Positions 12,199 through 25,185 of a stretch of 64,000 nt of DNA are shown here, piece by piece; position 1 is the first letter of the stretch; each line of letters starts with the position of its first letter. A program made the position numbers and the translations under genes. The notes beneath the pieces are model-generated. The model did not search any database. It was given only the letters and a program-made list of their open reading frames with translations, and was not told the DNA's origin. Source of the stretch: Phallusia mammillata. Its lineage: Eukaryota. The stretch spans positions 27,528,001 through 27,592,000 of the forward strand of contig OZ281498.1 of the NCBI GenBank assembly GCA_965637545.1. The letters run 5' to 3'.

Positions 12199-14396
12199 TT
12201 TGTTTGCAAGAAAAACTTATCGTTTTGTTCTCCTAACTGCAAGACTATAGCTAAGCACATAGAATATACCAAAGTCAATGTTATTTACACTGATAAAAGC
12301 GACCTGTATAGGACGTCGAAACGTCGAAATAAAACTACATTTGCCAGAAGATCTCTATAAACTTGATATTATGCCTGGCAGCAATAGCTTACTTAAAAGT
12401 CCCTAAAACTTGCGTAAAATCGGGAAAAAAACCTTTTCAAATAACCGTTACTGGAGAACTGAAAGTAAACATGTGCAAAAGCGCCTGGTAGTCTCGTTTG
12501 CATGTTGCAAACACTGCACCCAATATGTACAACTTCCTCACAACTATTAGGACAACCTGTGCTTTGTTATATGCAAAACTGTGCAGATTGCAAGAGGTCC
12601 GGAAAGTAATTCACACGAATGACCGATCGCCCTGTAGTCGGTTCCGGAAAGCAGGTTAAGTTTACAAGATTCTGGGGTAACTTGTTTGCTTTAATCCGCC
12701 GCACCGAGCAAACACGTGTTTCTTGTTATCTACACATGTTTGGATATCTAATATATCAGCAGACTTCCACAGGATGCAAGGCGTTCTTCGTGGTTAATGA
12801 TTAGAACATTTGCTTGCGGTGGAGAAACATTAGCTTGCCTGATGCACGACATACAAAAACTATTCATTGCATACAAAACAATATTTGACACTTAACGACT
12901 TGTAAGACCACAGGAATCAGCCTGTGTGACAGGATGGTGACCGACTGTCTTTATTTATCAAGTACATAAATAAAGGGAAGGACCGAATGGTCTGGCGCGC
13001 CTGACCCAAATACAGAGAAAATAAAAACCCGGATCGGGATTCGTCCCCGGGATTGTCCTGGGTTCGAACCCCGTAAAAAAAGTACTCAAATGGGCGATAT
13101 TATTGTTTCTGTTTCGAAAATAAAAAAATTCATTGACGCTGATCGTCTGCCGCGCTTCTTGAGTATTTGGTACACGACTTTTCTGCTAAATGTTTTTATT
13201 ATTTCAACTTGATGGCGGACACGTTGAGACAAAAATACCAGGAGATCTAAATAGGATAAAATACATTTTTTAATTCAGACGTTTAATCAACTTGTGTCTA
13301 CCATAGAAACAAAATACTTTTTTTAATTTCTTTTTCTCCCTATTTAAAAAATATTTGGTGAACGTTGAAAAGAAGAAAATAAAATCATTCAGCCAAAAAC
13401 CCACATTCCTCTAAATACGGTGAAAATTTTGCACGTGGTCCAGTGAAAACAAATAACGTGGTTACGAAATCTACGTAATCAACATACGTAACAGTGGTAA
13501 CACTACCTCCCATTATTATCGTTTATGACGTAATAGAAGTGACTCCGTGAGATAAACAGCTGTCTTGGTTGTCACGTTTTTGGTCAATACGTATTTGATG
13601 ACAACATTTAACTAATTTTTGTTTCTGGTTTTAGTGAGTTTGGTTTTAGTTGTGTTTGTTTAGGATGAAGTAAGTGCTATAAGCCTATTTATAACTGTGA
13701 GGTATTACATTATTGCTATACATGTAACACGCAGACGATATCTGCAAAGATATAAACATTCATTTTAAGATAACTGTTTATCAAACATGTTTTTTGTTAT
13801 ATATTGGGCATGAAACTACTTTAAATTGTGCCCATTTATTCGCTGAACTAGAAATTCTTAATTGTTTTCTGTTAAAGTAACAAAATTTGTCCGGGCTGAT
13901 AAAAGTTTGTTGGGCAAAAAATGATTATAACAATCTGTTATAATATCAGTTAATATCATACTTATAAAATGTGCATTAAACTTCTCCAAAATGAAGTTTT
14001 TATGCTTAATTCAAAAGGTCAAAAGATTGTTTTATTAGTTTCCAAGATAAATGCAGTGATTTTGGTCAGTGTTTGTCTCTGGTGTAATTTATAACATAAT
14101 GTTTCTGTGATGCCCTCCTTACACAGCCCTTGCTTATATTTTCATTTTAGAGACCATTCAAATCATTCAAAACAGCTTTATAGTTTCAAACATAAAAGGA
14201 TGATCAGTTTGTTACATTTGCTGTAAAGTATATGGTGAATGCAAATAATGTGGATTTAGCAAATAATGGATTTAGCATGTATGGTGTTGAAATATCTGTA
14301 ACTTTATTTTCTTTCACAGATGAATCGAAATTTAGATTTGCATTTTCCCAAACTTTCTGAAATAAGTTTCCTAAATTTTCAGTGTAGAAGAATTTG

Positions 14397-17300
14397 ATGC
14401 CGAAAAACAAACCAAAGAAGTCCAAAGGCCGTGGGTTCAAAACCAGAGCCGAACAGCTGCAAGGTTTTCATTCTTTTAATTCCATGAAATAATAAACAAT
14501 ATTACATTGTACATAAATTTGAAGGTGTTTTAAATTATGAATAAAAAGTTATTTGATCAAATAAATATGGTCTCAAAATGCAGTGGCCTGAGACTTAATA
14601 TTTTTATTGTTGAAATTTATACAATAATATAACTGCATTTAAAATGGTGGGTAGAGTTGGTAAAAAATCTTTATTCATGCCGCCACAATGATAAGCAATA
14701 TGCAGACAGTGCACACTGTTTTGGCCTATAATATCTCATCAGTGCAGCTGGTGACAAGACATTGATTAGCTGTACAGGCTAGAATAGCCGGGCTATGACA
14801 TTACAGTTTGTTGAGCTTATGGGCTGAAAGTCATGGCTTACAATATATTTCATATGTACCCAGTGGTGGGATTCAGCCGGTTTGCATCGGTTCTATAGAA
14901 CCATCTCACGAAATTTTATGAGATCAGCGAACCGGTTAGCATTACTGGTTACTGTCAATGGACTTTTTGTAATAGAACAGGCTGAAAAATATGACTTTTG
15001 TGATAGAACCAGCTGACAAAAATTTGAATCCCACCACTGTATGTACCACATCTGTATTTACTATTTCACCGCTAAATTTGGCCAATTTTTATTTCCAGCT
15101 GGTGAAAGTGCATCTCAATCCCAGGATGAGGAGACTCTGAGTGACACCAGCAGTGTCGCGACAGCTGCCAGCGACTACCATGACGATGTGGCAAATGGAG
15201 GTAATTATATGTTTAAAAGTGGCTATGTGTGCTTGCCATAAAATACACTTTAAACTGTCAGAAAAACTTGGCCCCAATTGAAGTTAGAATATGTGGAGTA
15301 TTCAGTAAATCTTTAAACGTGTGTAGAAAGCCAGTTTTTAGCTTTGGTGTTGACTATCTGTTAATGCTGTAATCTTCTCTTGATTGGAAATATATTAGAT
15401 CTTATTGTGGCTTTTTTTATTGACCCCTGAGGTTTGAAAGAACTGACTGTTTGAATTAGGCCGCTAAAAGTTTCCTTAACAAAGTTTCTTACAAAGTAGG
15501 ACACAATACACCATAAAAAAACACTTTTGTGACATGCAGAAAATGCAGTGGAAGGATCAACCCTTGAAGATACAGAAATAAGATTAAAAGAAGTCATCGA
15601 AGGATTGACAGAAAAGAATGCAAAGCACAGGTAAATTGGGAACAATGTTTTGGTCTTTTTGTGACTGAACGATACATCTGTGTATTCAATTTTAAAATAC
15701 ATACACAGTCAAATTTGGTTAATCATCATTTGGGCGAAAAGTTTGTCTGAATTAGCCATACCACATTACAAATTTGTACCTTGAGTTCTTGTGCGAATAA
15801 GGCGAAGATCCAGATTAACCAAGGTTTACTGTTTAGCCTAATATGGTTACCCGCATAACCCATTTTGTTGCATAGAGATTGTAAATCCATAACATGTCTA
15901 ATTGCATGTACACAATAGCTTTCAAAGTTGTTATTTTATGAACATGTTTCAGCTATACTATAGAAGTGACAATACCCTAAAATAGACCTGTATATTATCC
16001 TGTCGTATTCAAACTTTGAGACAATCATCTTTACAATATTACAGACAGAATTGTTTGATTGAGATTCGGAAAGCATTTGCCTCAACTTGGCTGGTTGCGT
16101 TTCTGGAGAATTATCAAGAAACACTTCTGGATTACATGGAAAAATGTCTCAGGAAAGGTTGGTTTCAAAAACCAAGTTAAAGGCTAAAATACTTGGCATA
16201 ACAAAACAAACTTCACATTAAGTGTATTAGCTGTTGTTTGCAATAGACACAAATTACAGGGATGTTTTGTCTAAGTTAGTATGGATCTTTATCAATTTCA
16301 TAAACTTTGAAAATACCTTTACACGTTTTCTAGGCTGCCTTTTGCAGCCTTTGTGATTTGCGCATGCAAACATTACTTCATCCTGTCACAACAATGTGAT
16401 TCATTGCTGCTACGTAACTGTTGTTTTATGATGTCACAGGCAAAGGGGAAGAACAATCGTTAGCTGCCGATGCACTAGCTGTTGTTGGAACGCAGGTTGT
16501 TGCATGTGGAGAGGGCGAAAGACTTTTCCTCCAGTTCAAGTCTATTTTGCTTGTTATCATTTCCGACAAATCTGCCTCTACTGTTGCCAGAACTAATGTG
16601 AGTTATGAACATTTCCAATATTTATTTATTGCACAATTATGCACATGTTCTTTACGTTACTTGTTCAATGGCATAGGAATTGCAAATCCCAACCCATAGT
16701 CATTTGTTTACTAAATTTTGAGGAAATCACAATGTCCGTTGTTGCAAGCTAAATAGAGGCTTGTTGCAAACCTTATATAAGCTGGCCCACAAATTTGTGT
16801 CTATGGATACATTTGGTTTAACGACTACAAGTCGCCCACCCCTAATCTGATGTAACATTTTTGGGATAAAACTGCATAAGGTTTAAGGTGTGACTACTAA
16901 TACTACTGAATATCGATGCCACCTTCTTAGGATTTTCCTACTGTCATTCCTTTAGGTTGTCATTTCAGATTAGGAGGCAAAAAAAAAGTTTTTTAATGCA
17001 CTTTATATGAAAAAAGTTAACTCTAGTACATGATTATTTTGTGATTTTCAAAGAAATATGTCTTGTGGTCCATTAGTTACCACCCATAAGCAGCTGTTAA
17101 AATTTTTACTACATTCGTAAGGACATTGGACTTTTGCTTGTGCTTAGTCATATTTTCTTACCTGATTCGTTTTAAAACCCAATTTTGCAACCCTGAATAA
17201 AAACTTGTTACATATTTCACAGTGTTGCCGAACTTTGGGATTGCTTACATTCATGGCAGTTGATGAAGTGGCACAAATCTACTCGTGCATGTCAGCATTT

Positions 17301-20300
17301 GAAACTGTTTTTCGACAGTCGTACTTGAAAGGAGACAAGAGTGTTCCGACTGTTTCTCCACTTGTTTCTGATTTGCATATGAGTGCACTGTCCGCTTGGG
17401 GTTTATTATTATCGGTCGTGCCGTGGTCAAAAGTTGTCGAAAGCGCTGAAAGGTGAGATACCTGGTGTAACTTCGATCATTTGTCACAAAGAAAACAGGA
17501 AAATTTTAATGATGAATAAAATGGCCTGAAAACAACAAGTGGCATGCTCAGATGATTTAGAAGCAACAAAAGTCACTTTTTATGTCTTAATACACTTTTA
17601 AACAGATCCGTGTATAGTGCTCTAAGTAAAAAACATAACTTTTAGTATCTGTAGATTTTGTTATTGCTGAGATTACTATTATGGTAAAAAAAGTCTCTTT
17701 TTCTTCAAAGAATATTTTGTTTGTCAACATTTACGTGCTGATATTAATTTACAAACCGAGATTTTCTAGCGTTATACTCATGGGTATTATACGCTTTCAC
17801 AAAACTGCAGTAAGTTGGTTAAATATTTATTAAAAAGATTTTGATTTCTACATAGCCACCTTTCAAAGCTTCCTGAACTTTTGACGAGCAACAATGTAAT
17901 GCTTCGGATCACAGCTGGTGAAACTATCGCTCTGTTCTATGAAATTTACAGGACAGAAGATTCTGAGGTAAGAACAGAAATACTAAGCGACTGACTTTGA
18001 CCTGAACAAACTTGAGGCAGGGTTGTGGAGTCTGTTAAAAAACTTCTGACCCTGACTTTACTCATTTTTCGGACTCCAATCAAAACCAAAGCCTTCATGT
18101 TGCCCATGGACAACTTCAAATATGACTTCAACTTCACATTGTGAAAAAAAAATTAATCTGACTTCACAATTGTGATTTGAAGCAACTATTGAATCCTCGA
18201 AACAGCACAACACAGACTTTGAAAGTGCATGTTATGGTCAATTTTAAGCTTCTTAGATTTAAACGAAAGATCAATTTTAGGCTTCTCAGATTATTTTTAG
18301 GCACTGATCAACTATAATGGCGACAGCAAGTGGTGAAACATTTATACTAAAAAGTTTTCATGAAATACAAACGTTTTTACTTTAGCTACATCAGCCTACA
18401 TTGATGAACACGATGTTTGTATTTTACAGAGATTAGTTCGTCGCTTGTTGAACGTTCGTGATTTAACTGAGGATCTTCATCTACTGGCTACAGATAGCAG
18501 CAAGCACAGAGCAAAGAAAGACCGGAGGCAGCAACGATCGAGTTTCCGAGATATCTTACGAGCCGTGGAGGTATGTTGTTGAAATCGAGAAAATTTGTAT
18601 TATTTTGTTGAAATTGTGGTTGTTTTTGTCTGCAGTTTTCCTAGGGCTAAGCCATATGCATTTCATAAAAAATGACCTGGTTAATCTTATAATCAAGTTG
18701 ATTGCATAAAATGCATGGCAAAATTGTTATGCGATTAAACGGATTCATCTGTAATAGTGGTTTAACCTAAATAAGTGTTAATCTGGGCGATTTTTACAAT
18801 ATAACTTTGGTTTAGAAGCAGACTACTTTAGGTAATACACTATACCAGGGGTGGGCAACCTGTGGCCCTTGATTAAAAGTTGTGCAGCCGCAGTGACGCT
18901 TGGATTTTAAATGTACTGACAAACGAGTCCAATTATTACATAGTTTTGAGCTGATTAATGCACCTGATGCTAGTTTTCTGCCACCTGGCAATTTGTGGTT
19001 ACAATCAAATGCAAATTTACTTGTAGTTAAGCATATTTGGTAAGCAACAAAGCAAACTCACTTAGTGTTATACATACGTGTGGCCCGCTATCTAAATTTG
19101 GCAATTGTATTTGGCCCCACAGTAACAAAGGTTGCACACCCCTGCACTATACTGTTGTGTAAGTATTTGTTGCAAGCCTCTTTTCTTTACACAGAACGGC
19201 GACACTCCGGAGGACAGCATAAAATTTGGAAGCGAGATTCTCTACATTTGTTCATGGACAGGAAAAAGGCAATATTCTGCAGTCAAGGATACTTTGTCAA
19301 CTGGAATGAACTTTCATTTGAAGGTCAGCATCAGGTCAAAAGTTTATAGGTTTGAAGCCACAACAGAAAAAATATAGATTGAAATGCCTTACTTTTACCA
19401 AGATTACACTAGTGCTGCACCGAAATTTCGGTTGGCTGAAACATTTCTGCCCAATATACTGTGTTCCCATGGTTTCAGCCAAATGTTTTGATTGTATGAA
19501 ATTAATACACAAACTTATAATTTCGCCAATATGAAACAACAAAAAATAACTCATTGTTGCATCTATAAAATACAAGCAATGTTCTTTGCAAAATATTATA
19601 AGTTTTTGCAAAGCTTATGCATAATTTCATATGCATCAGGGTTCGGTCTGATTTAGCTAAAATTATTTGGTTTCGACCGGAACCTTTTTCAATTAGGCTC
19701 AGTACTGTTAAAACACTCTACCCAATCTTCCACACCTTGTAGTTGCTTAGTCGAATATTTTTTCATTGCAATTCTGTCTTGAAAACTATCATTTGGAATG
19801 TTTGTTTTAAGGAAAATCCACTGTTACGTGATATTTTTGAGCTTGGCGCTCCACTACTTGATGGAGAAGCAGGTCGCCTAAATCGTGGCTCACATTTTGA
19901 AAGGGTGAGTTTTTTCAAAAGTTTTATTCCATTTTGTCAAACCAAAGCATCACAAACTTTTTTACAAACCGTCACACAAGCATATTAAACAATATATTTT
20001 TTACTTATATAGATTTCCCCATTGTTGTAACATATCTCATACCTAAGTCAAAACATTTACCAAAAGACTTAAATATGTTTAATTCCAATTCCACCATTTT
20101 AAAGTTTACCCCTTACTAGCAGTTAAACGTTATGTGCTGAAATTTTGTAAAAAGCAGAAATTTGACATGTTTGGGCAGAATATATTAATGCTTGTGGTTA
20201 CGACATACCCTTTTAATGGTTAAGACCAGTGGCGGTTCGCACCGGTTCTATAGAACCGTCTCACGAAATGTTATGAGATCAGCGAACCGGTTAGCATTAC

Positions 20301-21017
20301 TGGTTACTTTCAATGGGCTTTTTGTAACAGAACCAGCTGAAAAATATAACTTTTGTGATAGAACCGGCTGACAAAAAATTTGAATCCAACCACTGGTTAA
20401 GACCTGAAGTTACCACACTGCTAAACAACTTATCATGTTTGGTTGAAATGTTTTGCACACCTTTATACAACCACATAAAATATTTTTACCCATACCAGTT
20501 ACCCCAGTGCTGTAACAGATCTTATATTTATAGCTATTCGCCAAAAGACCAAGTCCAGACTGTTAAATTACAAGTCCATCATTTTATGGTTTACTTACTA
20601 GAAATTTAACATTAAATACTTGTTTTTTTTTGTAAAAGCATGTTAAGCCACAAGATATTATAATTCTTTTGAGATTATTTGATTAAAAGTTCATCTTTTG
20701 GTGGATAAGACCTTGCATCACCACATTGCTAATGAATAGTTGTTTGGGATGCAATTTCCAACTAGGATACAGAAGAAATATTGTGGCGTGTGGTTGACAT
20801 TGTCAAAAACATCTCACCAATATCTCAAAAAGGCGTTTTACCATCGAACTAAATACACTAAAAGCCCAACTCCAATTTTACTTGCACTGCACTTTTGAAA
20901 GCCTTATAACTGTTTCTTTCACATGTTTCACAGCATCTATACAACCAGGCAATCTTTAAGGCGCGAAGCATCGTTCGTGGCAGGCAGCGAGATAAACGCG
21001 TCGGATTTGGTGTTTGA
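14397..21017 (+). CDS. IFRD1: Interferon-related developmental regulator (IFRD1/2 family), about 439 aa
   Basis: 11 exons: 14397-14463 (donor uncertain), 15099-15200, 15540-15630, 16045-16157, 16440-16597, 17223-17452, 17856-17967, 18430-18570, 19195-19323, 19812-19904, 20934-21017. MPKNK start, CLRKGKGEEQ, LRITAGETIAL, LATDSSKHRAKKDRRQQRSSFRDILRAVE, KAR..RDKR end. Confidence 0.95.
14861..15039. mobile_element. hAT-type MITE, CAGTGGTGGGATTC family
   Basis: Perfect TIRs; perfect 8-bp TSD TATGTACC. Confidence 0.95.
18846..19144. mobile_element. hAT/Charlie-type MITE
   Basis: TIRs CAGGGGTGGGCAACC / GGTTGCACACCCCTG; perfect TSD CACTATAC. Confidence 0.92.
20227..20395. mobile_element. hAT-type MITE, CAGTGGTGGGATTC family (left end internally deleted)
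   Basis: Same core; perfect TSD GTTAAGAC. Confidence 0.92.
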
Positions 21018-22412
21018 TTTTTGTGTGACTTTTTAGGAATTAGGAAATTTCTGTACTTGTTTTGTGTTCATGTCTCTCGTGTTTAAACTAGTGGTGGTTC
21101 CAGCCAGGAAGGATTATTAAGTTTATGGCTACATATGTTTTGGCTTATATTAGTGTCACTTTATTCATAAACCACCACTAATTTCAAAAACTGCGGAAGT
21201 CTGTCATTAGGGTTGTGTTTAATTTTGTGCTTTATATCTGGTCTTGTTTGAAAGAACAAGCTTTTGATAATTCTGTCCCCTGCTCAGCATTTAGAGATGT
21301 ACTGTTACTATTTAATTTGATTATGTTTGTTTAATGTGTCTCCTTTAAACAACAGTCCCTTAATTACCCAAAGACAAAAGTAACACATTCAAACCATTTT
21401 TGTTGATTTATTTCCACAAAAAGCCTTACCAACTTTCCAATGGGTATAACTACTAAATTTTTGAAACATAGATAATTCTATATAATACCAGCATAAAAAT
21501 GTCCAGATTTTTTACAATTACTTTGTGTATTTTCTCAACTAAAATCGGGTTAGGTTAGTTTTCAGTATGAAATGATTCGCCTCATGCAGACTTGTTGATA
21601 TATTTGTCGCTTATTTGTTTCTGCTTGGTATGTTTTCTGTGTCCATTTTCAACTTCCACCCAATTCACTGCTTGTTAGGAAATTAACAACATGCATATAA
21701 ACTATGCAGATATCACTCTGTCCTTGCAATTGTGTGCTCTCAAAATTTTGCTTCATAATAGCTTAAACAAAACCTTCTGCAAAAAGATTTGAAACGCCTG
21801 TTGAGTTTATTGTAAAAAATGGATTATTAATGACATTATTGGTGAAAGTTTATGTGGCAATGTTGGTGTGACAGTGAAGAATAAATGCAAAATGATGGTG
21901 AAACAAAAAAGTTGTCTCTTACAAAAGAACATCTTACTATGATTTATCAGATATCAGACCTGTTGGTATCTTATACAACGGAAAAGAAGAGATTAGTTTG
22001 ACAATAGCAGTGTTTCAACACTTGCGATGCACAATCATTTGTCTAACACAGTTCCAATTGAACCTCTCCACTTATCACAATACCTTCAATTGGAGCTTAC
22101 TGTCCAGAAAAAGGTTCTTTCTACTTTCTTAACAAAGAAAAGGAACAAAAGTTATTGGAAAAAGGAATTTATTGAAGCGTTGACCCAAACTTTTGAACAC
22201 AAAACAACGAGTTTTAGGCCCATAATACATTTTGTAGCTGCAAAGTAATTATGTCCAGTAAGTTTATGTACATATTAAGCGAACCAATTGGTCTGTACAT
22301 GGCAGCAAATTGCGACATGCCTCCCAGCTACATGCATGATCGGCTACATGACATTCGGCGCTGAGATTAGCACAAAACAATATCATTGAGAATTGAAAAT
22401 AACATTGCAAAG

Positions 22413-24250
22413 TTAGTCGGCGTTGTTTGGAGTAGGACTGCGGGATCCACTTTTGCGATCACCGTTGCGGTCTTCAGGAGTTCTTGATCTAAACAATACA
22501 ACACATATTGTTGAAATGTGTAGGTTAGCTAACACTTCAATATTTTAAACTCTTATATATTTTTGCAACATTACTGAAAGTACTGAAACATATCCCCAGA
22601 AAATGTATGTTTCAAGAAACAGTTATAAGTCAGGTTGCAACAATCTATTTACCTTGATCTGGAGCTTTTTCTGTCTCCATTAATGCTGCTGTGGTGCGAC
22701 CTTGAGCGAGATCGTGACCTTGAGTGGGAGCGGGAACGAGATCGACTACGAGATCTAAACAATTCAAAGTTTGTTGCTTGAGAAAATACTAAAAACAACA
22801 TTGACGGAAGCCTTCACTCAAACCATTTTTCCCTTGAGGTAAGTTGTGCTGATAAGCCACAAACACATGTGTAGTACATTTAAACACAGTTTACATCACT
22901 ACACATCAAGTTTTCTAGTTCCAACCTTGATCGGGATCGTGGACTTCGGGAGCGAGATCTTGATCTGGAACGAGAACGACTTCGGCTGACAGATCGGGCT
23001 GATTTATCTTCCACCAGACGAATTCGACGTCCGTTGATCTCGGTGTTGTCCAGCTTTTCAATTGCTCTCTTCATGTCATCGTGTGTAGCAAAGTCAACTA
23101 TGCCTTCATTGCGACGATGCTTGTGTGCGTCTGCATATGTCACTTCACCAGCTTCTCTTAAGTAATCCTTCAAACATTCACAAAAGTTAAGGCTGCTAAT
23201 TATTTTACCAGTAACATTTTATGAATTTGGAACAAAATGTCAAGGTGTTCCTTGTGCTTGTGTGAGGAGTGAAGAACTCAATGAAAATCTGAAAAATAGG
23301 GTAAAACACAAAAAGTTTTAATCACAGTACCTTCAAATCTTGCCAGCTAACTCGAGTGGATAAATTCTCCACAACCACCCGAAACTTGGTTCTTGTTGGA
23401 GGTCCGTACTTCTGGATGGCTCGGCTGTCATAATAGTTAACACGTCGGTCGTCTCGTCTGCCGTAGCCCCGGTCTCCTCCACCGCCGCCGCCGCCCCTGT
23501 GGTCACTTCTGTGGTCTCTCGAATCTCTGTAGTCTCGTCCACCGCCGCCTCCTCCACCACTGTTCCTCGGGACCCCCCTGGTAGTTTAGGGACAGAAAAG
23601 ATCCTGACTTCAGCCAGAGAAACAATGACACATACGACCAGAAGATCGCTGATGGTTACACATCTCAGCTACAGGCGTTAAAACATCACATCGCATCAGA
23701 CAGAGCTACAGGGTAGAAGCGACTAGACACACGATAGGACATCATGAGGACTATGGCCACAGAGCACAGAGCGCGTAAAGTAGCCATCACCTGCCATAAC
23801 ATTCAGTCATGGTTACAAACTGGGACGTAAAATTCAGTTTTTTTTACTTTATTTTTTTGACAAATTTATCCACAGGGTCAAACCAGTTAAGCAGTTGATG
23901 AGATGGTTGGGTTTGACGTAATTTCCATGTAGGGCAACTGCTATTTGAATCAGAATGTTATGATTTTAAAAAGGCTCTCAACTAGGTTTAATAAACAACA
24001 ATCTTAATAAAATCTCACCGCTTATTGCTTACCGTGCGTGCTCCACTGTGACTCTTTCCCCGCACAAATCTCGGTTGTTCAGTTCGTAAACTGCATCATC
24101 TGCGTCTCGTGCATCGTCGAACTCAACAAAACCGTAGCCATTCTTCAGGTTGATGTCGCGGATTTTTCCGAAGCCCTTGAAAAATCTTTCCACGTCCCCT
24201 TCCCGAGCTCTGTAGCTCAAACGACCAATAAAGACGCGGCAACCAGACAT
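22413..24250 (-). CDS. SRSF4/5/6: Serine/arginine-rich splicing factor, SRSF4/5/6 (SRp55/B52) family, about 294 aa
   Basis: Exons 24250-24033, 23577-23331, 23167-22926, 22754-22653, 22488-22413. RRM1 ([16 protein letters not shown]), pseudo-RRM signature SWQDLKD, C-terminal RS domain. Confidence 0.96.
23636..23790 (-). other. Candidate poison (PTC) cassette exon in SR gene intron 1
   Basis: GGCAG acceptor at 23791, in-frame TGA immediately after the junction, GTATGT donor at 23635 leaving a 58-nt downstream intron. Confidence 0.65.
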
Positions 24251-25185
24251 TTTCGTTTTAGATGTAAGTTAGCTACAGAAAAGCAAAAAGACATAAAAGT
24301 TAATTGCAATGCCAGCCACTAACTACTTTACACGACTGATATGATAAGCATCAAAGTATTTATTTAAAGTATTGCGACTTACAATAGCCACAAAAATTAT
24401 GTTCAGCACCACAAGCAACAATTCGTTCACTTAATATCCTCAGTAATCCGCCTTTTACAGTTGTTAGTCGCCTCAAAAACTATTCTTCGTCTGAAACAAG
24501 GTCTTGTTTTCTTGAATCTGCATATTTTCGCAAATAAATTCGTTTCTATCTGTAGCAAATATTGCAATTGAACTGCTAAAAATCTCTCCCTAAGTTTACA
24601 AAATCGCAGCAATGGCGAACAGGCAGGACACGTGACAGCCGCACATAATCGAGCTGTAAATCGATGGCGGGAAAAAATAAAAAATCAACAAACAAAATTA
24701 CAAGGGTAAAGTCGGTCTGATTTGCTTGTTATGCTGATCTTGCAAGCAAAATAACTTCTGTCGTACAGTGCGGAATATTTTCTGTTAACAATTTTTGTAC
24801 TTTGCTTGCCTTGCACCTCGCCTTCACTAATTTGCCACCTCAGCAGGTCATGCGTGTTCACAACGCCAACACGTCTTGCCTTTTTTCACCAAATCGCGTG
24901 GGTCAATCCGTCTGTCTGGCAGCATTTGCAAACAACAAATGACTGGTCATCCAGTTATCAGCTGTAGAAACAATACCTTCGCCAGTTCACTCAATTAAAA
25001 CCTTAAATAAAATCGGGTCAAGTGGTAGGCCACAGGCTAATTACCGTTTTAATCCTGTATTTTTTGTATCTCACTTTAGCTTGGTCATTGAGCACAGGTG
25101 GCATTTGGATTACACACATTTCAGTTTTAAAATGTCTATTTAGTAATTTTATAAAGCACACATACTTTTACTTGTATATTCCAAT
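24251..25185. promoter_or_regulatory. Divergent (head-to-head) interval between the SR gene and GTF2F1
   Basis: Start codons on opposite strands about 935 bp apart; promoter elements not individually identified. Confidence 0.45.
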
